From a virus, in IMG/VR virus record IMGVR_UViG_3300022554_000002, positions 130,474 to 194,473 of that record: DNA of 64,000 nucleotides; one strand, 5' to 3'. Positions within the stretch are counted from its first letter, which is position 1; each line of letters opens with the position of its first letter. Shown one piece after another: positions 29,334 to 42,200 of this stretch. Below the pieces are notes generated by a model that searched no databases, was not told the origin of the DNA, and saw nothing but the letters and a program-made list of their open reading frames with translations. The position numbers and the translations under genes are program-made.

Positions 29334-32300
29334 TGTTCTACTTTCTTAATCCAAACATTTGTAGGAATTTGTACCACGAAAGTTTTGTATTTTAAGGGAA
29401 TAATAATACCAGTAAAGTTTTTATCATAAACTGGTCTTCGTAAAATACATCTATCTGTAACAACATCAATAAAATTGAATCCTTTTCGTGTAACCTTTAC
29501 AAACTTAACAATTCGATGATTATAAGTAAACAACTCACCTAATGTAGCTTTTAAACTATAGAAGTTTGGAATCATACACTATAGTTTCTCCACTTTTTTG
29601 TGTTGTAAGTCCAATTCTCACCAAGAGGAATGACATGACTCCAAACAATAGTTTGATTTGGGTCAAGGTATGTATTATTTAACAACTCTTGATATTCTCT
29701 AATCTCTTCTGGTGTTGCTGGTTTTGCTTTTCCTATCTTAGCTACTTTCTTTGGTTCAGGCTCAATGCCAAATATTCTAGCAGCAGTTGTGCCTGTTACT
29801 AATGATAGAAACTTTCGTCTATCCATTTTTTCTCTCATATGATGAACTGAGCTTAATACGATTATTGAAACACATATGTAAAATTTCACTAAATGACATT
29901 TTCTCTAATTCTTCTGGATACATAAGACAACCACCAGCAAAAATAATATTCATTGCCAACTCTTTTAAAAATTGCTTCTTTTGATTTTCCCTATCTTCTG
30001 GCAGTGCTGGTTTTAGTGGTGGTAAAGGCAGCTTATCATTAATAATTACAGGAATAAGATATTGTTCATCTGGTGATGCATATTCATAATATTCGATTAT
30101 TTCTGAAGTGTCCAAAAAACTAATAGAATACTTAAATTTATATTTAGAACAATCACATAATTCATTACATATTACAGATAAAACCTTATGCACTTGAGCT
30201 AAATCATATGGGTATGTCTTAAACAATAGATAGTCACCTTGTTTAATTTCAGAAAGACGTTTCAATTCAATTCTCATCATTACTTATCTCCATAAAGGTC
30301 TTTGTAAATCTTACGAAGGAAATTTAACATGTTCTGTGCCGCAACAAGTTTATCTGCTTCCGTTGCATGTTCTGTCCAAGCATAATCATCATATGGAGTA
30401 TTTTGGCAATATTCTTTACCTGTTTTATCTTTAATTGGACAACCACTACATGTAGCAAATCCATGATAACGAAGACAAAGACCACAAGTAATGCTGCCGT
30501 TATCATCTTTAATATTACCACAATTATCAACAATATACTTCCATTTAGCAATAGACCAGCGTAATGCTTCTCGCCTGTCTTTAGGTTTTTTGCTTTTGTC
30601 CAGAAGGTCCAACACACCATCCGCGCCAATCTTAAATTCTGCTTTCATATTAGTTTCCTTTTTCAACAGGCTTTTTTTCGTCAAGAACCCAAACTAAATG
30701 CATTCGACCACAACTGTCTGTTACTGGCTTTTGAACATAACCATTTTCCATAGCTTTAATGGTTATTGAAGCATCATTATTATAAATTATGTATGTAGTT
30801 AATGGAACACAAACAGCAATAGCAAGGAAAAATATAATTACTGGAAAATATTCTGATTCTACTAATGTTTTAAGTATGTCTTTCATATTAAATCTCCTTA
30901 GTAGTAGCTTTTATACATTTTGTAATTTTTAATATCTACACGTTTTGTAATTTTAACTGCATCACATCCAATAGTGCCAGTGGGAGGGATTCGATTGAAA
31001 CAAGGATATTTCCAAAAATCAATAAGGTTATAATGGTTCCAAGTCATAATAGGATTATACTTTGGGTTTTTAACTTCACATTCATATACCCTAGCATAAC
31101 TACTTTTTCTAACCATCGGCCAAAATTTAAACAAAGCCTCTAAAGAACTAAACACATATAAACAGGAATTTTTAATTTTGGGTTTTGTCCATTTACCTGT
31201 TCGGTATCGAACAACACTAGGTCGGCAGTTATTAGTTAAATGTGAATAAAGCTTCTTGTTCTTTGCAGTCAACAGTTTGTAATAAGTCATTTCATCCCTC
31301 CTTTAGTTTCTATTATACTGTTAGGTGGGTAGAATGTCAAGACCTTTTCTTCTTTTTTGTTGGGTCTTTTCTAAAGCTGTATTTGTTAAATCCTTTTGCT
31401 TCAGCCATAGTAACATCACTTATTTTTGGAATTGGTTTAATAGGTACAGCTAAATTATTCATAAACATGGTAATTTCTTGATATGCTTTTATCGGATTAA
31501 AAATTTTAGCAAAATCAAGTTCTTTAAGTCGTGAATTGTAACAAATTGTATGTTGTTGTGACATACTATAATTTATTACAAAAATAGGACAACGTTTTTC
31601 TTCAAAAACTTTAATATACTGTTTTTCATATTCACCAACATGTAAGGTCTACTCTTTAAAGAATTTTCCAAAATAATCCCTATTTAAAATTCGTATTTTG
31701 TGGCTATACTTTGGTGATTCAAAATACTGGTCAATAACTTCCTTCTTGTAATATGTTTGAATAAAATTATCAATTTGTTTTAAATTATAACAATATGAAA
31801 TGTTAAAGTGTGGAAGTGGAGCATTTAGTTTAAGTAATGGATATAATTTTCCACAAAAACCAACAACTGACAATTCAAATGTTGGGTCATAGTTTCCCCA
31901 ACCATATAAGGTTGGAAAGTTCCAACAATGTTCTTCATGTATCTCTTTACGAAGGTAAAGAGTTTGTTTGTCTAGGTCAAGTTTTTGACCACAATCGTAA
32001 TAGTCATGGAAATCACTGATAATTCTCATATTAATCCCGCCCAACCTCTTCCCAATATGATTTGCAGTTAAACTTATTATGCACACGCACTTTTCGTGTA
32101 ATCTTAAGAGTGGAACATATTAAAGTTTCTTTTGGTGCACACTGGTACGGCATATTTGGTAGACAATGTTTATTTTTTCGTTGTTTCCAAAAAGTTGCTA
32201 AATCCTCTCTCTTACACATCATAATATCAGGAAATTTTTTAATACCGGCGACATCTTTTGCCTCACACTTCCAAATTTCATCACCTAATTCTACTTTTTG

Positions 32301-35300
32301 GGCGTCCTTTAACGTTTTAAAAATAAACAGCTTGCTATGTTTTATCTCAGGAGTGGTTCAAATATTATAGTTGTAACCAATGCACACATCATCACAAGCA
32401 CGGCACAATGAAATCTTTTTAGGTAACCATAACTGTAATGCTTTAGTATAATAATTATGACAAATTATTTTATAATAAGTTTTCATTTATATCTCCTATT
32501 AGTTAATTTCCATTTTAATTATCCCATGATAAGAACTATGTCAAGAACTTTGTATTCTTTTAATCAATTTAACTTTTTTAACATAATATTCTTCCGTTTT
32601 AAGAAGTATAAGCTTTCCGATAATTCCTGAAACTTTACATTCATAAATAGCACCCGTTTTCCTCTGACAGGCTTCAATATCTGTACGCAAAATACTTTTG
32701 GCCATGCAAAGACTAGTTGTTACAAATAGACGTGGGTGCTTTTTATCTCTAGATTTAACCCAACTCCCAATCATATAACGAACAGGCTTAAAATGAAACA
32801 TATGAGCAAAGCTAGAATATAGCTTTTTGTTTTTACGAAGCACTACTTTGTAATAAGTTTTCATTATCAATTCCCTTTAATTTTTATTGTTTTTAATTCG
32901 CCACAGACATTGCATAATATCTGTTACATAACAATTATGACCGTATGTACAATTTTTGCAAAGTTTTGCACAGAGTTTTTCTGAAATATTAGAAATACGA
33001 GTTTCTAATATTTCTTTTTGGGCTTGTAATTTTTCCATTTTTGACGCAAGCTCAATGACTGACTTTTTTGTTTTTTTATCAAACATATATAACTCTTTTA
33101 GTAAGTTTAACTTTGTCAACTAAAACTGTTGGTGCGCCATCAGAATCTTTATCTTTTACAGGATTTTCTACTTCACATTCATAGATAGAACCATTATTAT
33201 CACAATCATATTTTAATATACTTGCTGCATAATTTAAATTTGTTGTTACAAATAGTTGTGGATTGGCTAAGTCTCTAGAAGCTACCCACTTATTTTTAAT
33301 ATTTTGCTTGTTCAATGGTTGGACAAATCCAAAGAAGTGTATCTTTAACTTTAGGTTTCATCCACTTATTTTTTGTGTAACGAATAGATATATCTGGTCT
33401 AAAAATGAATGACCATAATTGCTTATTTCGTGAACTCAAAACTTTGTATCCATAATTAATTTCCATAGTTATTAACCCCTTATATTATTTCTTTTTCAGG
33501 TGTAAAAAACGGTTTCTCCTTCAAAACCGCAATACACAGTTCTTTAATTCTATTCTCTACCTCTTCCCAATCCTTATTAATAGAAGGTTGCCAATTGTCA
33601 ACTACCCATTGTAATCCTTTTCTAGCCATTTCATAATCATCTAAACTAGTCAATTCCATTGATCCGGTATTGCACTCATGAACAAACTCACAAGTTTGTA
33701 ATATGTCACATTTTATCCATTTTGGCCTATATCCATCTTCACATCGTGCCATATTTTAACTCCTTATTTAACTACGTATGGTTCTTCGGGTTGTGCCTTT
33801 TTACATTCATGGCACATATTGTACAAAGTCCATCGTACACCACAGTTTTCACATAGTATACATCCACAAACACTACATCGTCGTACTTTTTTACTGGGTA
33901 CTGATTCGTTACATTCTTTGCAATAATGAGTTTTCATTCTTTATCCTCAAATTGTTTACATTTGCATAAATCACAATGACCATCAAAGTGATCTTTGCAT
34001 TGATGCCCACATTTGCAAAGCTGGTCACACTCATGGGCTTCGTCCCAATGTTGGCAAAATGGTCCAGAGTCATAGTTTGCCCAATAATCGTCTTCGTTTT
34101 CTTCTTCATCTTCCATTAGGTGCGTTCCTTTCCATATGTTTCATTATACAGTCACATAGTATTCTTGTCAAGAGTTTTTAACTTGTAATCTTTTAAGTGT
34201 CCAACCTTTTCTCAAAACCCAATTGTTACCTTTTACATCATAACAGGTAAATGATGGATTGTTTACAAGTTGACGAAGTGCTTCTTCAGCATTCGTTCCA
34301 TATAAAATACCCATCATCTTTTTATTCTTTCGTAACACATACAAATGTTTCGGGTTATATACGTCACCTTCATATGGTATATTGAATTTCATTACATAAC
34401 TCCTATGAATTTAAATACTTAATAATTTCTTTAATAACATCATCATTACCATGTTCCACTGAATTATAAGCATCTTTGTATACTTGTTTAAATAAATTAA
34501 AATGCTCCATCATTTTATGCGTGGAATATGTCGCCAAGTTGCTAAAAGAATCACTATCAAAGATTCTAAGGTAATAGTGACCGCTATATTGTTCACTTTT
34601 TTCAATTTCAATGTACTTATTACCAATTTTACATCTATACACATTTGAAATTGGTGTTCGCTCCCACACAATGTTCTTTTCAGTATGTACCAAACTGTCA
34701 AGTAATTTAAAAACTATCTCATTTTCCATTAGGTGCATTCCTTTGTATTGTCCCATGAAATTACAAAATAAAGATTTGTATTAGTAAGTATAACTTTATA
34801 ACCTAATGGAGCAAAAATCTGTTTCATTCTGTTAAAAACAGTATCAAGGCTATGACGTTCACAAAGCTCTAATGGAGTCGGAACAACCCATTGATAGCAT
34901 CCACGATCACTAGCTTTAACTATTTCAACGGCAGCTTGAATTTTAAGCCCATTAATATATGTCTCAAGTTCTTGCTGGCTACAAATGTCTGAATTCTTCC
35001 TTAATACATCTGCTGAAGGTATTTCTGATGTTGCTAACATAATTTTACTCCTTTAATTTTTATTTAGTATCATAAAATTAATTACATTATCTTTATCTTC
35101 TATTTGTGCAATCTTTGGCTCACCAAGTTCTTCCAATATACCATTGAGTAATCCAATTACACGAATATAATTAAAGAAATTTTTACCATCACAACTTCGG
35201 CCAATTGGAATTTTAGGATGATTTGCTAAATTATTATTACATTTACATTTCGTTAGCATTAATTGCTGTATTGCATCTTGGTCAAGGTCGTATGCTTCCT

Positions 35301-35725
35301 GTAAAATCTTAAGAATAGCATTCGTTACATTGTGTTTTTTGTTTCTTTTTGCCATTTGGTGCATTCCTTTATATCATTTTATCTTTGCCATTAATGATAT
35401 TTGGGTATTGTTTAATTATCTCTCATAAACAATCCGCACATATACTTGCCGTAGCAGACTCATAATCTGGCTCTTGTCCAACCTGTACTACTTCATTAAC
35501 ATTCCTACCACAATTATCACACGTGCAACGTGTCCAACTATCATTTCCAATGATTTTATTTACTTCCTCTGGTTCAGGTGAATCTCCCAACGCTTTTAAT
35601 TTATTGTATATTTCCTCACTGTCATCTCTATAAGAGTTCCATTTAGTACCGTTGTAATATTGTTGCTTCCATCGTTTGGCAGCAATTGCAGCATTTGTTT
35701 TCGTTGACATATATGTAATTGGCAT
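29330..35725 (-). CDS. Dense run of about 20 small hypothetical early genes
   Basis: Abutting or overlapping minus-strand ORFs with SD motifs, e.g. 29330, 29572, 29819, 30280, 30650, 32877, 33480, 33934, 34168, 34403, 34729, 35053, 35423. Confidence 0.65.
30898..33466 (-). CDS. Paralogous small-protein family (30898-31290, 32031-32486, 32541-32870, 33079-33315, 33296-33466)
   Basis: Shared YK.....NK.L.S, Y...KW.KP.IK..L.VF and IYECEV motifs. Confidence 0.7.
31337..32029 (-). pseudogene. Conserved phage protein interrupted by a single in-frame TAG (31651-31649)
   Basis: MRIISDFHDYYD...FFKE*TLHVGEYEKQYIKVFEEKRCPIFVINYS continues in frame into ORF 31337-31564 (28 codons between). Confidence 0.7.
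32031..32486 (-). pseudogene. Paralog-family gene interrupted by in-frame TGA (32360-32358)
   Basis: MKTYYKII...YNYNI*TTPEIKHSKLFIF; the stop aligns with the W of KWTKPKIKNSCLYVF in paralog 30898-31290. Confidence 0.75.
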
Positions 35726-36162
35726 AGTTCAATCCTTTCTTACTTTTAACCCGGTACTGTTTTTTAGTACCCCATCTTCCATAATTCTCACTTTTTGCCT
35801 GACAACCATCCTCTTTGCCATTCATAATATGGAGCATGGTTTTTACTTGCCTTATCTTTTGGTTTATTATAAGGGTTAGAAGTTATGGGTCGTCCTTTAT
35901 TCTTTGCACGTTTTCCTTGTTTATAGGCAAGGGCCAGTTCTTCAAATGGAACCAATTTTTAGTACCCCCCGTGTTATTTTTCGCATAAATCATATTTTTG
36001 TCATTTTATGGAAGCATTGTAATAAATTATTACAATTTTTCCAAAAATTTTATATGAATGTCTGCGCGATAATCCACCCACGCAACGCATTCATAACAAT
36101 CCTATTTTTCCCCCACTCCCATACCCCTACCCCCATGTAACCCTAGGAAGCTATGGGACTTA

Positions 36163-36203
36163 TGGGATGGATAGGACAGTATCCCAGCATCCTATCCATC
36201 CCA
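36163..36203. repeat. Perfect 14-bp inverted repeat in a non-coding, promoter-driven segment
   Basis: TGGGATGGATAGGA / TCCTATCCATCCCA, 13-nt loop; minus-strand promoter at 36279-36251. Confidence 0.9.
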
Positions 36204-36282
36204 CTATGATAGCCGAAGCGGCGAAGCTCCGACTTCATTCCCACATCTACATTATACAGGCAACCTATTCACTTGTCAAGGA

Positions 36283-39200
36283 TTATTCCCAATAAACTTT
36301 ACCAGATACAGAACCAACACACCGAGTCAAACCCATATCTCGCATAATGCTATTCCTACAACGTGCAGCATTATTTGCACGTTGTGTCTTGCGACGTGCA
36401 TTGACTGCCTTCTGAAAGCTTTGCGAACCAGCAGAAATTGCTTCACTCTGCGTACAGGTTCCCTTTGCAGACATTGCCCAAAGATAAGCAAACTCTGCAT
36501 TATCATGGCATTCTTGCGAAAGAATCTGAACCCATTCGTTCTTACTCATTGTTTCGATCCCTCTCTCTCTGCTTACATTGTACGACTAACTTTAGCAATG
36601 TCAAGAACTATTATCAAGATATTACAAATTGGCACTAATGCCATTTGCTGCCATGCTGCAAGGCGATAGATGGCAGACTGCCATTGTCATACTTATTACA
36701 ACCGTTTGCTAAATGGCAGCAAGGTAAACGTTACTACAGGTAAGACAGGTGAATACTTCACGAGTCAACAGACAGGCATTCAAAGATTCTCAAAGTTAGT
36801 TCTTGACTTTGGCATTCTCATCTGTACAATGTAGACAGAAGACAACTTAATGGAGTAACGAACGGGGTGAAGGTAGGGTAGCCGTGAAGGTACAAGCGGG
36901 AAACTCTACAACACATTGTGCAATTGGAATGGAATTCCCCGCTCACACATTCATGGATTCCCGATACGTTTCCCCATTCATTCCCAATCGTATTTAGTTG
37001 TCTTTTCTATTTGAATTATACAATGAGAGATTCCCAAAGTCAAGGGGAATCTCTCATGATTTTTACTGTCTCACGGTTCTTACAAATTCATAACCTTCGC
37101 CATTAATGTCAATAGTGTAACCAGCATGGTCGTCATTCTTTGCCCACAATTCAAACACGCTAGAATCGTCATTGTCTTGAAGGATTACCATATCCTTGTC
37201 TTTCCACCCCGCAACGTGCATTCCTGATTCACTAATCGGTTCTCGGTTCTGACTTCCACGTTTCGTAATCATGATCAATCCCTCTCTTTCTTAATTACAT
37301 TATACAATGAGAGATTCCCAAAGTCAAGGGGAATCTCTCACGATTTTGAAAAGTCATAAGTCTAACGGTTTTGTTCAATAAACGTCTTTAAAGCTTCCAC
37401 GTGCATAGGAATAGTATTCATCAAGGGGTTAGACTGACTCTTATGCTTGCTAGTCGTTACAGAATACTTGCTGATATTCTCATACCAAAAGCCACAATCA
37501 GAACAGACAAACAACGGCCAGTGATGGCCATAACTGTATACAACATAAAGGTTTCCATCCTGTGCACCAAACAGGTTATTAGCCTTGAATGGCTTCCGTT
37601 CCTGCACAAACTTCCGAGCGTTCCGGTTTGCAATCTTCATGTTTGATCCGTCCTTTCTTAATTACATTATACATGGGAGATTCCCCAAAGTCAAGGGGAA
37701 TCTCTCACATTTGTTATTTATGCAATGTTTTGAAGAATTGATAGAGTATTGACAAGTTGGGAAACATTTTCACCGCGACTGTTGATAAATTCCAAGTCTT
37801 TCTTCAAAAGCTTAATAAACCGAGTTTTCCAATTGCCACTAACAAACAAACTAAGATAAAAGGGTATTCCGTCTTCTGCTCGTTTTGTAATATTTTGAAT
37901 TCGTCCTACCATTTTACTATTCCAATGTGCCCACACAATCTTACCATTTTTATTTGATTCAACAATATCACCAAGAGAAATATGTGCAGAAACACTATAC
38001 CGGCGAACGTAATCATACCCTGCCCAATCAAAGAAATAGCGAAGGGTAAACTTTCCAATTTGAATTGTATACTCTGTACACCAACTACTCTTTTGTCTTT
38101 TTGCCATAAATCCAAGTGCACGAAAGAACTTAGTTACATCTTTCACGTCACCATTAATTAGCTTAGGCATTTTCTTCTCCTTTGATCTTTGTTCTTCACA
38201 CATTTACAGTATACAAGTAAGACTGTCATTTGTCAAGTTTAATTTATTACAAACTTTTTCCTTGACAAACAGACTTTCCACTTGTACAATAAAAATAGAA
38301 AGACAATCGAATAGGTGAGAACTACCAGAATGGGGAAACGTATCGGGTATCCATGAACGTAAGAGCGGGAAACTCTATTTTAAAAAATCTAATCATTCCA
38401 CAGTCGGACGGCATGCCATTTTGACACGGTTGGCACCATGTCATTTTGACACGGTTTTATTGTCATAATGACATTAATGCCATTCGTTGCACATTGTGAT
38501 CATGTCAAAATGATATGGTCATTCTGACATGATTCGTAACTTGTAATAATCTTATCGTGCCATAATGACAATAGAGTTTGTCAAAATGGCGTGTAGGATT
38601 ATCAAATCTGTAAATTTGTTACAAATGGTAGTCTGTTACAATCCTTTCTCGGACCATAACAGACTACCACAACCTACATATTACATTCTACAGACTGACT
38701 AACCATTTGTCAAGGTAAATTGTGGATAATTCCTAATTGGGCTATGGTTACAGTATTTTTGCACAAACTCCAAACTAATGCCCTTAGCCTTACAAGTTTC
38801 CACAAACGTTGTTGCGTCACAGTCTTCTTCCAAGTAAACCGTCTTACCCTTCTGATAAGAATAAGGCGTAATCTTATCAAGAATGCCTAACGTGACAAGC
38901 AATTCCCTTTTGACTGCCATCCACCCATGTCCTGCATCCGAGTAAAATTTAACTTTCATGTTTTGATCCATCCTTTCTACTTACATTCTACAATTAACTT
39001 TAGCAATGTCAAGAACCAAATATTACATTTCCAGTCCAGTACTCGAATACGTTAATGCCTGAATTGATATTTCTCCCTTTCCTCTGATTCACATATTCTC
39101 GTGCCTGATTGTACGTATCAAAATTCGCTACAAGTTCACTGTTATGAAACACATTAAAGGTCCGGTCATTGCTGCGTTTGATCGTGAAGTTCATCTTTCT

Positions 39201-42200
39201 TCCCTCTCTTTCTTAATTACATTATACAGAGAGAGATTTTAAATGTCAAGAACTATTATTACAAATTTAAATCCTTGATATGATTAGACTTAGCTTTGTT
39301 GCGCGGGAAAGGTAGAAATTACAACCTTTATACTTATTCTAAAGGCAATACGTGAGACTACCCTATTATATTAGGATAATCTCACGATTTGCATTATTTA
39401 ATTAAGTATTAAACACCTTTACATACTCGTTCTTAGTCAATAGCCTAACACCAAACGTCTCAGCATTATTATACTTCATCGCATCACGCCAGCAACAACC
39501 GTCACTCAAACTAATAAGAATATTAGAATCTCCCCGCATAACTATTACACCCTTGTTTGCTGCAACCAGATGATTCACGATAACACCCACTTGCCCAAAT
39601 TCCATTTTTGCAGGACAAACTAAAACTTCACTTTGTGTTCCGTATAATGCGCAAGCCATTGTTTTTTCCCTACCTTTCTTATTTACATTGTACAGGCAAC
39701 TTGTAATAAGTCAAGAAATTAATCCCTAAAAGGACCAAGAGCAGAATTTACTTCACTCAAATCATGTTGTATCTTTTCTCGCTCTGCCAGCAGGTTTTCT
39801 ACCTGTTCCACGGTGTAATAATCTGGCAGGTTAATAGGAGCGTACAGGTTTTTAATGATAGCATTGTCAAGACGGGCCACATACACCGGAATCTCTTGAT
39901 AGACGCAACCGCAGGCACCTTCTACCTGTTCCCAAGTTTTAACTGTCCAGCCAAGGGAATAGTCAGAATTATGTTTATAAATCTGCACATTGACCGGCAG
40001 GTTATTGAATTTTGGCAGCAATTCCTTAACCGCCAAAAGAAGGCTTCCGTCTGCCTTCAAAACCTTTTTTCCCACGTATCCGGCAAAAAATTCCTGCATC
40101 TTGTCATTGACAATCTTTGCGTAGTCAATGCACCGATTGTACGCTTTCACCTTTGCAGCCAGTTCGTTCTTGTTCATGTTTTGATCCGTCCTTTCTTAAT
40201 TACATTGTACAGACTGAAAAGGTAAAAGTCAAGAATTATTTATTACAAAATATCTGGCAAATTATTCTCACAAATTCCACCATGTTTTTTAATTAATTCA
40301 TGAATTACACTAACTGGCACGTAACCATAAACAGTCATACAAGGATTTTCTGGAGTTTCTGCATAAGGCAACAACAATTCTTCTACCTGATTAGGGTATC
40401 CCAATTCTACTTCTGTATAAGGCCCAACATCATACCTTGGTGTACAGTAATGCGTACTAGACGCTTGTATGCTTACTGAAAATCCATCGTTGAACACGGT
40501 TATTTTGTTTAGCTCTTTCATGTTTCCCACCTTTCTTAATTACATTACACGGCTAACTTCAAGAATGTCAAGAATTATCTAACATAAATCCTAGTCTCAA
40601 CCGTTTGACAATCCAGTACCTTAAACTTCTCTTGCAGCATAGCCTTTATGGTATCTTCGGAAATATTCCCCATTGTCTGTATCGTTACCTTAAACTCAAT
40701 AACCTTATGGTCTTGCATATGACAATTGTTGTCTGTCACAGGCTGACCGTTGTTTGCATACAGAATCTTAACCTTATCCATGATCAAATCCTCTCTTTCT
40801 TAATTACATTATACAAATGAGAATACCATTTGTCAAATGGTAACTAGGAATTTTCCAAGATTAATTGTATTGTCTTTGTAATCAAGGCCAGAATCTTTCA
40901 GAATTCGTTCTGTCTGCTTTGTGGCACTAATGGCAAAGGTTGTGCCAGAAATGCCCACATTCTGAATTGAAACAGCAAAATCATGAGCATAGTCGTCAGG
41001 TTCAACGACAATGGCAGTCAGTCCATAGTATCCAACCGACCGATACTCCAACACGTCAAGATTCAGAAGACTACAAAACTCGGTCAGCAATTCTTGCCTT
41101 GACATGGTTTTGATCCTCTCTTTCTTAATTACATTATATGGACAACAAGGGTAAATGTCAAGTTTATTATTTATTTTTCCTGTTACCGTGAAAAAGAATC
41201 TCTATCGTTTTTCCGCTCACAATACGGCAAATATTGCATGTTTTACAGTTACCTTGACACAGGAAATTATTGCCGGTTGGCTGTTTTACAGGTTTAAATC
41301 TATTTGTATCATTCTTATACCTTTCGCTGTCTCCGCTCAAGTTAAGGCTAACACCTAGTGCAATCAATTGTGACAAGTCAAGGTCAATTCTGGCAGTATA
41401 CCCGTAAATTTTCCAGCCATACGTGATTAATCTAGAAGCAAAGAAAGCAAAGAGATTAACCTGTGCCTGATTAACAAAATCTCCTGCCTCATTGAATCGC
41501 AATACCTTATCTTTTCCCTGTGTCTTACGTCTATTCCTTTGCAATTCCAATTCGTCCGCACATTTCAATACATCTTTTAGTGTAGCTTTTTTCCACCATT
41601 TCATTTGTTTAAGTCTATAGGGTAAAACCTGTTTATACATTTCTTCGGCATGTAAAGCATAGCAATTATTTGGGCATTGACACAATCCTAAAGCTTTAGA
41701 CGGGCAGCATTTAGCAGGGGTAAAATTAATAATTACAAATGGCACCTTAGTATTTCCAATTGAGTAAGGCAAGCCATTTGCATTCATCTTTGATCCTCTC
41801 TTTCTTAATTACAGTATACAGATGGGAATACTGTTTGTCAAGAGTATTTCTTGAAATTCTTGACAAATTCCTCATGTAGCTTTTTCCCGCTGTCCGGTAT
41901 AACCGTTGCCAGTTTAGGTTCTGTCTTAGCCAGTTCGGTTATCTCATTCGATGTCTTTTTGCCAGTAATGCCATTAGAGACTAGGGCAATATAGGCAATC
42001 GTACCCCACACCTTATCATTGTAATTGTCACTCTTCTTTAACTCGAAAATACGCACAGGATTAACCGATAGATTGCCAGCAGGTTTTCGGCCTTTACCAG
42101 TGTGAGGATTTTTGTCATAGTTCTTAATTACTCCCAGTTTTTCCATTTCGCTGAAAAGCCATTCTGAAAACATGGTTCTTTCCCTCATTCCTATTTACAG

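Noticed and set aside
29229-32360. Genome-wide stop-codon reassignment
   Set aside because: Long genes are uninterrupted in code 11, Trp is encoded by TGG throughout, and TGA and TAG terminate ordinary genes (e.g. 23295-23939, 11308-11967).
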